The translations under genes and the position numbers were made by a program. Source: a virus. Taken from it: DNA of 64,000 nucleotides. The DNA is taken from positions 1 to 64,000 of IMG/VR virus record IMGVR_UViG_3300044641_003190; one strand, written 5' to 3'. Shown here piece by piece: positions 34,698-44,700 of this stretch; the stretch's first letter is position 1; the number at the start of each line of letters is the position of its first letter. The notes beneath the pieces are model-generated. The model was not told where the DNA came from and ran no database searches. It saw only the letters and a list, made by a program, of their open reading frames with translations.

Positions 34698-36008
34698 ATG
34701 GAAATAAAAAAAGCTAATTGGTATTCAGACGGAGACTCATTAAAACTCTCCATGCCTATCGCAAAGGTAGACAAAGAACGCAGAATCGTATCTGGATTCG
34801 CCACCCTTGATAATATAGATCAACACGGGGACATAGTTTCATCAGAGGCATCAACAAAAGCATTTGAAAGATTTCGTGGAAATATTCGTGAGATGCACCA
34901 ACCACTCGCTGTTGGTAAAATGGTCTCATTTAGAAAAGAAACAGTATTCGATAAGCAAAGCGGAAAAGAGCATAACGGAGTATTCGTAAACGTTTATGTA
35001 TCTAAGGGCGCACAAGACACATGGGAAAAAGTATTAGACGGAACACTATCTGGATTTTCAATTGGTGGAAACGTTAAAGAGGCAAAAAATGAATTTGTTG
35101 CAGAGCTAGAAAAAACAGTCCGCATTATTAAGGACTACGATCTAACAGAGTTATCACTTGTAGACAACCCAGCAAACCAATTATCAAATGTATTATCAAT
35201 TCAAAAAACATCAGACGGAAACGTTTATAAAGGAATTGCAACAGACGTAAAGGTAGAGAATGTTTTTTATGATAAAGAAAACGACTCAATATTCCTATCG
35301 ACAGAATCAGAATTTAAATCACCAACATCAGAAAACAACTTAGAACTAATAGGTTGGGTAGAAACAAATGACGCTAATAAATCTTTAGAGATAACAAGAA
35401 TTCTTGAGGCCTATAAAACTTCAAGAGCAGTTTTGCCTGAGAGCATTGTTGAAAAACAATCTGGGCAAAATAATGAAACTACCGAAGGAGGTGTTACTGT
35501 GGCAGAAACTACAACAGTAGAAGATACCAATATAGAAGCAGTAGCCGAAGTTGAAGAAGTAACAGAAGCGGAGCTTGCTAAATCAGCTGATGCAGAGGAA
35601 GCACCAGCAGTAGAAGCAGCAGAAGCTCCAGCAGTAGAAGAGCCTGCAGCAGTAGAAGAGGCCGCTAACATTTCTGAAGTTGAAGTTGAAGAAACTGATT
35701 TTGCAAAAATGTTGGACAATATGAAAGCATTCTTCTCAGCAGAGATAACAAAAACAGCAACCGCACAGGCAGTGTCAAACTTGTCTACAAAGGTTGATGA
35801 AAAAATTGCTGAAATTACAAATAAGTATAATGAGCTTGAACAAGCAGTTAGCAATATAAAATCACACATCTCTAGCGTTGAAAAACGTATTGATGGAGTT
35901 GAAAGTGATACAGCAATAAAAAAGTCTTCTGATCTGGACGGGTCAGATGTTAAAATAACAAAAAGTACGTGGGGCGGGCATTTCCTCAGCGTCCGTAACA
36001 TTGACTAA
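34698..36008 (+). CDS. Prohead protease fused to an acidic scaffold region
   Basis: RIVSGFA, REMH, GFSIGG, ELSLVDNPAN; Glu/Ala-rich coiled-coil C-terminus. Confidence 0.88.
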   Translation: MEIKKANWYSDGDSLKLSMPIAKVDKERRIVSGFATLDNIDQHGDIVSSEASTKAFERFRGNIREMHQPLAVGKMVSFRKETVFDKQSGKEHNGVFVNVYVSKGAQDTWEKVLDGTLSGFSIGGNVKEAKNEFVAELEKTVRIIKDYDLTELSLVDNPANQLSNVLSIQKTSDGNVYKGIATDVKVENVFYDKENDSIFLSTESEFKSPTSENNLELIGWVETNDANKSLEITRILEAYKTSRAVLPESIVEKQSGQNNETTEGGVTVAETTTVEDTNIEAVAEVEEVTEAELAKSADAEEAPAVEAAEAPAVEEPAAVEEAANISEVEVEETDFAKMLDNMKAFFSAEITKTATAQAVSNLSTKVDEKIAEITNKYNELEQAVSNIKSHISSVEKRIDGVESDTAIKKSSDLDGSDVKITKSTWGGHFLSVRNID

Positions 36009-36044
36009 TAAAATCTATAAAAAAGATGGAGGTGAAATAAAATA

Positions 36045-37031
36045 ATGAGCGATATCCTACAAAAAGTAGTAGATACAACAGACGTTGGAGCAGGTGGCGG
36101 AGGTTTGCTAACAAAAGAGCAATCTAACCGTTTCATCGACTACATGTTTGATGCAACAATACTTGCCCGTGCAGCCAGAACTATTCGTATGAGTTCAAAC
36201 ACCGCTGATATTGACAAGGTCGGTGTTGGTACAAGATTGATGACAGTTGCAACTGAGTCTACAGACACAGCTACAAATGCAGCAGTTACATTCACAAAGA
36301 TTTCTTTAACAACAAAGAAACTACGTCTTGACTGGGAACTTTCAAGCGAAGCACTAGAAGATAATATCGAAGGTGCTGATCTTGAAGATCACATTGCACG
36401 TCTGATGGCAACACAGGCTGGAAACGACATCGAAGATCTTTTGATCAACGGTCTCGGAACTGGTTCTGGTTTGATGTCAGCATTCGCAGGTTTCCGTTCG
36501 CTAGCACTTTCAAGTGCTAACGTCGTAAACGCTGGTGGTGCAGTAATCAGCAAGGCAGTATTCAATAGCGCAATCAAGGCATTACCACGTAAGTACAAGC
36601 AACGTCGTAATGAGTTAAGATTCTTCACAGGTTCAAACCTAGTGCAAGATTATCTATACAACCTAACAACAATTGGCGCAGGAGGAACTCCAGAAGACAT
36701 TGCATCGTCAATTCTTCGTGGAAATCCTAACGGTCCAGCTGGTGCTCCAGGTGGCGTAGTTCCATTCGCATTTGGTATACCAGTAGTTGAGGTACCACTA
36801 ATCGATGAAACTCGTGCTGGTGATTACTCAGGTGCAACAGGAATACACGGAGACATTCACTTGTCTTTCGCTAACAACTTTGTTGTTGGTGTAAAGCGTG
36901 AAATTCAGGTTTACCGTGAATTCAAGCCAAAGAAGGACACAATTGAATATACCATGTTCATCAGAACAGGTTGTGCAATTGAGAATCCAGAGGCTTTTGT
37001 TGTGGTTAAGAACGTAAAAGTTTCTTCATAA
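36045..37031 (+). CDS. Major capsid protein (HK97 fold)
   Basis: GGLL..EQ..RFID, L..KKL, S.E.LEDNIEG, DIEDLLING; strong SD; terminator follows. Confidence 0.9.
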   Translation: MSDILQKVVDTTDVGAGGGGLLTKEQSNRFIDYMFDATILARAARTIRMSSNTADIDKVGVGTRLMTVATESTDTATNAAVTFTKISLTTKKLRLDWELSSEALEDNIEGADLEDHIARLMATQAGNDIEDLLINGLGTGSGLMSAFAGFRSLALSSANVVNAGGAVISKAVFNSAIKALPRKYKQRRNELRFFTGSNLVQDYLYNLTTIGAGGTPEDIASSILRGNPNGPAGAPGGVVPFAFGIPVVEVPLIDETRAGDYSGATGIHGDIHLSFANNFVVGVKREIQVYREFKPKKDTIEYTMFIRTGCAIENPEAFVVVKNVKVSS

Positions 37032-37058
37032 CAACCCTTAAAAACTAAATAGTCTACT

Positions 37059-37083
37059 GGGGGGCCCGAAAGGGCTCCCCTTT
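37059..37083 (+). terminator. Terminator after the capsid gene
   Basis: GGGGGGCCC-GAAA-GGGCTCCCC-TTT. Confidence 0.75.
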
Positions 37084-37132
37084 AGTCATTTTTGGTGCTA
37101 TAATTAGTAAAGAAAAGACGAGAGGAGAATTA

Positions 37133-37525
37133 ATGTCTTTCAATAATCTGAGGCTCGAGGAGCTTCAAAAGGTAGCAGAAACCTTCGCCGTAGATCACCA
37201 AACTGCAAATAATAAAGCCGACCTAATTGCACTTCTTACTGAAGAGGGCATAAGCTTTGAAATGTATGAAAAGTTTTCAAATGCTGATAAGGTTGATCCA
37301 GAGCTTTCGCCTGGAGTAGTAAAGACTGCCCCAGAAGCCCCAACGGATGGTCAAGTTTTAGTAAAAATGGAGCGAATGAATCCTAGATACGATGTTAATG
37401 AGTTTACCTTTACAAAGGAAAATCCATTTATTGTTATGTCTGAACCAAAAGCCCAAGAAATTTTTGATAGCCAAGAAGGATTCAGACTGGCTACACCCAA
37501 GGAGGTTCAGGAGTTTTATTCCTGA
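37133..37525 (+). CDS. Conserved head-region protein
   Basis: N-terminal HeH-like EL..AE.F...KADLI; C-terminal FRLATPKEVQEFYS. Confidence 0.7.
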   Translation: MSFNNLRLEELQKVAETFAVDHQTANNKADLIALLTEEGISFEMYEKFSNADKVDPELSPGVVKTAPEAPTDGQVLVKMERMNPRYDVNEFTFTKENPFIVMSEPKAQEIFDSQEGFRLATPKEVQEFYS

Positions 37526-37530
37526 TTTAA

Positions 37531-38460
37531 ATGGAGTTATACACAGGTCTGACCCAAAAAATATACTTAGACGTATATGAAGATGGTGAGTTAAGCGCAA
37601 CAGATTCAAACCCGATAGTAACGATATATGACGGGGTCACTGATGTACAGATATTTAACGCATTTGCACTACCAGAGCTAGATGATGACGGTCACTATGG
37701 ATTCTCTATTCTGGATAACCACCTGCTAGTAGATAAAACAATCAAGGCAGTTTGGTCATATGCTGTTGGTGGCAATACAATGCAAACTATTGATTACTAC
37801 AATGTGGTAACTCCATATATTTCAATTTCAGAAGCCTACACAAAGCTACATATTGGTCGTGAAGTAGGAGACTCTAACTATAAGCCATTCCATGAAATGG
37901 CAGAGGCAGAGAGATTTGCCAGATTTATGATAGAGAATTACACAGGTAATAAGTTTGGAAAGTATAGCGGATCTATTACAGCATACGGACAAGATTCAGA
38001 CGTACTGTATCTGGGAGAAAGAATAACATCATTTAGCCAATTAAAAGAAAATAATAAAGTTGTAGTAAATACGGCAAGTAATATAAACGTATTTGGATAT
38101 CCAATAGAAATTACAGAAACAAATCACTCTATACGAATATATTCAACAAACGATATTTCAGAGGGTGGACAAAAAGACCTAGTATACCCATCAAAAGGTA
38201 GCTTTTTAAATGGATATAAGTACGATATTACTGGCGTATTTGGCTGGAAGTCTGTTCCAGAAAAAGTCCAATTAGCAGCGCTAATGCTAATGAAAGATTA
38301 CTTTGGTAAAGATAATATCTGGAGGGCTAGATATGTTCAAAATATATCTTTCGGAGATACCGATATTCAGTTATCAAAACTAGCATTTAGAGGAACAGGC
38401 AATTTTTACGTGGACAAACTACTTGACGAGTACAAGTCTACAAGCATGGCGGTAATATAA
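37531..38460 (+). CDS. Head-to-tail adaptor
   Basis: Position; IENYTG..F, G.FGW.SVPE.V..AA..L, TGN.YVD.LL. Confidence 0.7.
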   Translation: MELYTGLTQKIYLDVYEDGELSATDSNPIVTIYDGVTDVQIFNAFALPELDDDGHYGFSILDNHLLVDKTIKAVWSYAVGGNTMQTIDYYNVVTPYISISEAYTKLHIGREVGDSNYKPFHEMAEAERFARFMIENYTGNKFGKYSGSITAYGQDSDVLYLGERITSFSQLKENNKVVVNTASNINVFGYPIEITETNHSIRIYSTNDISEGGQKDLVYPSKGSFLNGYKYDITGVFGWKSVPEKVQLAALMLMKDYFGKDNIWRARYVQNISFGDTDIQLSKLAFRGTGNFYVDKLLDEYKSTSMAVI

Positions 38461-38891
38461 TGATAGGATATTTTGCTGTAGAGGCTAAATATGCTATGAA
38501 GTTAGATGTCTATCGTGTACAGATTTCGCAAGACCCAAATAGCGGAGAGATAAGAAGGCAATGGGCTTACACAGAAACACTACCATGCCTAGCAAAATCT
38601 ATAATTTCTACTGGAGTTAGAAGTCCATCAAACGACAGGACTATAGATTCTAGATATATGGTTGAAGAAATAATAAAGGTTAATACTTTATCTAAGCTAC
38701 CAAGAAATGCAAAAATAAGTAATGTAAGAGATTTAGACGATAATGTTATTTGGGAAGAGGCAGAGATATCTGGAAGTCCTGCAACCATATTTGAGATAGT
38801 TGGATCAACTCCGATTATAGATGGATTTGGTCAGACGCTAGAGTATGAAAGTACTTTACAGAGGAGTGATATTCAGAATGCCCTCACTTAG
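38460..38891 (+). CDS. Head-to-tail stopper
   Basis: Position, size and beta-rich pattern. Confidence 0.6.
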   Translation: MIGYFAVEAKYAMKLDVYRVQISQDPNSGEIRRQWAYTETLPCLAKSIISTGVRSPSNDRTIDSRYMVEEIIKVNTLSKLPRNAKISNVRDLDDNVIWEEAEISGSPATIFEIVGSTPIIDGFGQTLEYESTLQRSDIQNALT

Positions 38892-39627
38892 TATAAAATC
38901 AGATGCCGCAAATATAATAGAGAATGCTACTGCATATATGCAAGGCATTGCACAGGCACCAAATAAACTAGCAGTAAATAATGAGATCGGCATTGCTATT
39001 ACAGCAATAGCCCACAGATCTTTGTCTAGATTTATAGACACAGAGGCAAGACTTAGTCCAGTATCTATGCACCACGTATACGAATGGAATCAGGTAGGCA
39101 AGCCTCTAGGAAGACTATGGAAATTAAACTCAACATATAAAACAGGGACAATATCTCTATCAGCAAATTTCAAGCAATCCAGAACATTTGTTCCAATTAA
39201 AAATGGAACATCTCGTAGAAGTAAGTTTATATTTAAGGCAGAGGTTATGGAAAAAGGAAAAACTGTAAGAATAACTGCCAAAAAAGCAAACGCATTATTT
39301 TTTTATTCTTCTAGCGGAGATCCAGTTTTTATTCCAAGAGGTAGGTTTGTTGTTGTAAGATCTCCTGGAGGAAAGCAAGTAAGAGGAGCCTTTGGTAAAA
39401 CTATGGATAGGTTTAAGTTTTCTAATAATTTAAATATTGATATTCAGGCTTCGGGAATTATAAAAAGGCTAGAGTCTGCTCAAAGATTAGCAGCCTCACA
39501 AACAATTTTAGGACTTTCTGGATCATCAAGATCTTCCATGTCTGCAGCTGCAGTTTCAAATACAGCAAGACACATCAGACAAGTAACGAAAGCCTACTCT
39601 TTGGCGGATGGTGATTTAATTGGCTGA
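38878..39627 (+). CDS. Neck/tail completion protein
   Basis: HHVYEW motif; position; start moved to 38878. Confidence 0.55.
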   Translation: MPSLSIKSDAANIIENATAYMQGIAQAPNKLAVNNEIGIAITAIAHRSLSRFIDTEARLSPVSMHHVYEWNQVGKPLGRLWKLNSTYKTGTISLSANFKQSRTFVPIKNGTSRRSKFIFKAEVMEKGKTVRITAKKANALFFYSSSGDPVFIPRGRFVVVRSPGGKQVRGAFGKTMDRFKFSNNLNIDIQASGIIKRLESAQRLAASQTILGLSGSSRSSMSAAAVSNTARHIRQVTKAYSLADGDLIG

Positions 39628-40147
39628 CTATTCTAAAGGCGCTGTGTGGGAAGTTAGAAAACTGCTTTGGGCAGAACTACAGTCTACTGGAATTTTGACA
39701 GCTTCAGATTACAGAGAAAATAATATTAGTTATATACCAATTATACCTGTTCAAGAGCAGGACACCTTTAAAAATAAATTTGTTGTTAATAGAGAAAACC
39801 CACTACCGTATATTGTATATGATTTAGATGTTGTCGGATATGATACAGACTGGTTTATATGTAATGAAAGATTAACATTTAAAATTTATGCAAATTCATA
39901 TAATACGGTTATAACAATAACCAACCTGATGATAGACCTATTTAGAAGGTTTGATGATAGTGCCAAGACCATGAACTCTTATGCCAAAAATCTGGACCCG
40001 ACCACACCATTCAATTACCACTACTTTACCCTTGCAGAAGCAAATTCCCCTAACCCAGCAGAAGAATTAGCTGGTCGTTTAGAGGCGGATATAGCAATAA
40101 CCTACGCATATTCAAGAGATTTAAACCAGAGCGGAAGATTTGCCTAA
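39620..40147 (+). CDS. Tail terminator
   Basis: PYIVYD motif; immediately before the major tail gene. Confidence 0.6.
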   Translation: MADYSKGAVWEVRKLLWAELQSTGILTASDYRENNISYIPIIPVQEQDTFKNKFVVNRENPLPYIVYDLDVVGYDTDWFICNERLTFKIYANSYNTVITITNLMIDLFRRFDDSAKTMNSYAKNLDPTTPFNYHYFTLAEANSPNPAEELAGRLEADIAITYAYSRDLNQSGRFA

Positions 40148-40228
40148 TAAGGGCTATTCGGCTATGATTAGATATGAGGAAATGCCGCAATCCACATTCC
40201 AGAAAAAGGAGGAGGTGAAATAAAATAA

Positions 40229-40903
40229 ATGGCAACTAATGTTCGTAATATTATTATCGGTGCAGCTAGAATTTATATATCAAAAAAGGATTCAACAACA
40301 GCTGATTGGACAGATGTATACCAAGATGGATTAGATCCATTCGCAGTATCACCACAACCAACAGGATCATACGTAGCTTCAACAGGCACTGGAGGAGCTC
40401 TAGATTCAGCAAAATGGTCAGAGGTAGGATTTACATCTGACGGTTTACGTGTTATGTATGAGCCAACATTCGGTGAGGTAGAAGTTGATCAACAGCTCGA
40501 CGTTGCAAAACTTTTCAAGTCTTCACAGCGTGTTATGCTTTCAACAACACTTACAGAAGGTACACTTCGTAACCTTTTGGTTGTTTTCGGTGCATCCGAA
40601 AGCGATCTAAAGACATACGATGCAGTCCCAGACGCACGTCTTGACTTATCAATTGGTGCTCTAAACGCAGAGCCAACAGAACGTCAATTCGTAGCAGTCG
40701 GAAACGCACCATCTGCAACCGTCTCTAACGTATCAAAGGACCGTGAGCGTGTTTACTATGCTCGTCGTGTTCTCTCAGTAGAATCATCTGAGCATGCTTT
40801 AACCCGTAACGAGGCAACTAGATTCCCAGTGACATTCCGTCTCTTGGGTGATCCACGTTACTCAGATACATATGGTAGAATCGTTGATCGCATTGTAGCG
40901 TAA
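40229..40903 (+). CDS. Major tail (tube) protein
   Basis: NIIIGAA, VGFTSDG, EVEVDQ, L.E.TL.NL, FPVTFRLL; strong SD; terminator follows. Confidence 0.85.
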   Translation: MATNVRNIIIGAARIYISKKDSTTADWTDVYQDGLDPFAVSPQPTGSYVASTGTGGALDSAKWSEVGFTSDGLRVMYEPTFGEVEVDQQLDVAKLFKSSQRVMLSTTLTEGTLRNLLVVFGASESDLKTYDAVPDARLDLSIGALNAEPTERQFVAVGNAPSATVSNVSKDRERVYYARRVLSVESSEHALTRNEATRFPVTFRLLGDPRYSDTYGRIVDRIVA

Positions 40904-40924
40904 TTCGATTTTAGAATTAGGCAC

Positions 40925-40955
40925 AGGCCCTTCGAAAGGAGGGCCTTGTCTTTTT
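40925..40955 (+). terminator. Terminator after the major tail gene
   Basis: AGGCCCTTC-GAAA-GGAGGGCCT then a T-rich tail. Confidence 0.75.
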
Positions 40956-41002
40956 AACCTGTTTTTTGGTATAATTATATTGACTATTTAGGAGGTCAAA
41001 TT

Positions 41003-41338
41003 TTGGCTACTCAGTTATATGACACTGTAGAGATTGAACTGCAAGATGGAAGGCAAGTTAAGTTAAAGCCGCTTCCAATTAAATACCTTCGTGATTTTAT
41101 GGAGGTCGTCACAAAACTTGATGACGTAAAAAACGAAAAAGAAGCAATCGACATTTTTATCGATGCTTGTGCAATAGCTCTTAAGAGATCATTGCCAGAC
41201 CTAGCAGGGAATAGAGAAGCCCTAGAAGAGGCCCTAGACGTACCTACAATATGGAAAATTATTGAGGTGTGCGGCGGTATTAAACTTGGTGATCCAAATT
41301 TAATAGCGGCAGCGAACAAGATGGTTGGGGAGAACTAA
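41003..41338 (+). CDS. Tail assembly chaperone (gpG-like)
   Basis: Between major tail and tape measure; TTG start with GGAGG SD. Confidence 0.8.
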   Translation: MATQLYDTVEIELQDGRQVKLKPLPIKYLRDFMEVVTKLDDVKNEKEAIDIFIDACAIALKRSLPDLAGNREALEEALDVPTIWKIIEVCGGIKLGDPNLIAAANKMVGEN

Positions 41339-41703
41339 CCGAAAAAACTAAGTCTTCAACGACTTGGAAAGAACTTGATCTCGCTGCCTTAGAAAAGCAA
41401 ATTTTTCTTTTAGGATCATGGGAAAACTATGAAGAACTAGAAGAGAAGATGTCATTAAAAGAACTTATTGACACACTAGAAGAGATGAATAAGAAGGACT
41501 TAGAAGATAAGAAATTCTTAGCAGCCCTACAAGGGGTTGATCTCGAGGGTGGATCAGAAAGCTCTAAATCATTTGATGATGTCAGGAGGGAAGCACTGGG
41601 AGACGATCCAAGAACAAACGATATAGCAAACCTTAAAGGCAATCTTGCCAAAGAAGAAGGTTTCGGTATCGGTAATGGTTTAGGATACGAAGTCTGGGAT
41701 TAA
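41293..41703 (+). CDS. Tail assembly chaperone frameshift extension (gpT-like)
   Basis: Open frame ...WKELDLAALEKQIFLLGSWENYEELEEKMSLKEL... extends well upstream of the ATG at 41449. Confidence 0.75.
   Translation, partial: SKFNSGSEQDGWGELTEKTKSSTTWKELDLAALEKQIFLLGSWENYEELEEKMSLKELIDTLEEMNKKDLEDKKFLAALQGVDLEGGSESSKSFDDVRREALGDDPRTNDIANLKGNLAKEEGFGIGNGLGYEVWD
41296..41302 (+). other. -1 programmed frameshift slippery site
   Basis: A-AAT-TTA in X XXY YYZ phase; the -1 frame is open from 41293 to 41703. Confidence 0.75.
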
Positions 41704-41707
41704 TTAA

Positions 41708-44700
41708 ATGGCACAAGCAGTAGTAATTAATTTTAACGCTAACGCTAATTTCTCTGATTTAATATCAGAGATTAGAAAAGCCAACGCTGAAATTGGTACA
41801 CTACAAGCCCAACTTAATGGTTTGGGCTCAGGAGCCTTTGTCTCCATAGATAACTTAAATAAACAATTCATACAGGGTATGCGAAACAGCAGACTCTGGT
41901 CATCTTCTTTCGTAGATGTAACAAACCAAACCAGAGAATTTGGAAAACATCTAGATCAAGGAAGACTTAAATTAAGAGACTACTATCGTGAATTCACAAC
42001 ACAGGCTAGAGGTCAACGTGGCCTAATTAGAAGGCTTGCAGAAGATCAAGTAAAATTACAAAAATCAGTATTAACAACTTCAATTGGTCCAAGCGGTGAT
42101 ACTAGAAGCATACTTTCTACACCTACTGGATTAGATAAATTTGATCCAGCGGTTATGAAGTCTTTAAGATCAGAGCAATTTAAAATTATAGGAAAGTCCA
42201 TTCAGGGCGCCTCAACAGAATTAATTAACTTAGGTAAAAATACACAATGGGCTGGAAGACAGCTTACTGTTGGTTTAACCGTACCGCTGACAATGTTTGC
42301 GGGATCAGCAGCAAATGCCTTTAAAGAGGTGGATAAGCAGCTAACAAGATTAGCTAAGGTATATGGAGATGTTGGTGGTGCAACAGCATCAGAAATACAA
42401 AACATAAAGAATCAAACAACAGATTTAGCAAAAACATTAGCTAGAGACCTAGGTGCCTCCGTGCAGGAAACTATTGGACTAGCTGCGGATATTGCAGCAA
42501 CTGGAGCTACAGGAGAAGATTTAATAAAGTCTGTTGCAGAAACAACCAGGCTTGCTGTTTTAGGTGAAGTAGATAGACAAGAAGCAATGGCAGCAACACT
42601 GTCACTTCAGAATGCATTTAATTTAAATACAAAAGAACTAGCGGAATCAATCAACTTCCTTAACGCAGTTGAAAACCAAACGTCAACATCTTTGAATGAC
42701 TTGGTTATAGCAATTCCTAAAGCTGGACCAGTTGTAAGACAGCTGGGTGGAGATGTAAAAGATTTAGCTTTATTCCTTACCGCTATGCGTGAAGGTGGTA
42801 TCAATGCTTCAGAATCAGCTAACGCACTTAAGTCTGGTCTAGCATCTATAATTAACCCAGCACAAAAAACAACAGAGGTATTAAATTCATTCGGAGTAAA
42901 TATTGAAGGAATCGTTAATGCAAACGCTGGAGATTTAGTTAAAACAGTTGTTGCATTAAAAGATGAATTAAATAACCTGGATCCCTTAGCAAGAGCAAGA
43001 GCAATCGAACAACTTTTCGGAAAGTTCCAGTTTGCACGTATGTCCGCATTGTTCGATAACTTAGGAAAGGCTGGAAGCCAAACACTACAAGTTATAGAAC
43101 TTATGGGATCATCAACTGCCGAGTTAGCACAAATAGCTGACCGAGAGTTATCAATCTTAACAGAATCAGCATCTGGTAGATTCCAGAGACAGATAGAAAC
43201 TTTCAAGGCTAACCTAGCTGGCGTGGGAGAAGGATTCTTGCAAGTATTCTCTACAGTGCTAGGAGCTGTAAATAAATTATTAGATGGATTTAATAATCTT
43301 CCAGATGGAGTTAAAAATGTTCTAACAATAGTCGGAGCATTAGTTGGATTAGTTGGACCGCTTATCATGTTGTCTGGTGTATTCCTAAACTTCTTTGGAT
43401 TCTTGCTAAAATCAGTGGGAGTGCTAGGCAGACTATTTACTGGAACTCCTAAATTCCAGCTACTCACAGAAGAGATTATGGCAACAAGCCTTTCTTCAGA
43501 AAAAATGTCAAACTCTTTTTATGACCAAGCACTTGCCGCTGAAACAGCTAGAAAAAATATTGATAACCTAATAAACTCATTAAAGAATCTCAATGCTGCA
43601 CAAGGAACAGCAATGTCAGGAGCTGCACAAAGAGCAGCTGGGGCATTTATACCAAAACCAATGTTCCAATCAGGTGCTGGAGTTATGCCAGCTGGAATAG
43701 AATACTCTCACGGAGTTTCAAAGTCCGCTAGAGCACAACTAGCATCACAGTTAGGATTAACGGCACAAGAAACACAGCTTCTTGGTGGCTCTGGATTATC
43801 TGGACTATCATCTTTAACAAGACCTATGTCCGCTGGCTCTCCAGAAGCACAACTACAACAAAATTTTGCAGAAAGAATGCCAAACTTTATTGTTCCTGTT
43901 GGAACTACGGCAGAACAGATGAGGGCAAGACTGGAACCACTTGCTACAACTGAAAGAAGTAAAGAGTCTTTGATGCGAATAGGTCCAGATATAACAAAAG
44001 CATTTCAGACATCAGAAGATTATGCACAAACACAAGCGATACACGTTGCAAACTTAAAAGCAATATCACAGGCATACTCTAAGAGTGCTAAAGATGGAGC
44101 AGCTCTAGCAAACTCAATGAAGACAGCGTGGCAACAAACATTCTCAGACACTGGTGATGAAGTAGCAGCAGCCAGAGCAGCAGCTGAAGTAGCAAAAGCA
44201 GAGCTAGGATCTGGATACAGCGCACTTGTAAGAAAAACATCTAGAGAAATATCTGCCGCATTCTCATCAGGCGGAGCAGACGCAGCAATTATAGCTGGTG
44301 CCAAAGCCGAACTTGCAGCAATGCGTGGTGGATTATTATCGGGCGGGGCGGCAAAGACAACGGTTGAAAGAATTTCAAGAATGTCATTAGCAATTGCACA
44401 AGGTGGCGTAATGAATGAGATAGCTGTTTATCAAAAGAGAGTTACAGCCTCAACAAAAGAATTTGGAAGAGTAGCAGTTCAGTTACTTGGTGACACAGCA
44501 ATAGCATTTACTGCAGCTGGTAGAGAATTAACTGCACAAGAAATGTCAGATGATGCAAAAGTTTCTGCAGCGATAGCACAATTAAAAGCTGCAAAGATTA
44601 AAGCAGATAGAGCAGTTGTTCAAGATATCCAGGAGAAGGCTACTGCACTTCAGGTGGTAGCAAATACTGCAGCAACTGGAGGAGCAAGCGAGATAACAAT

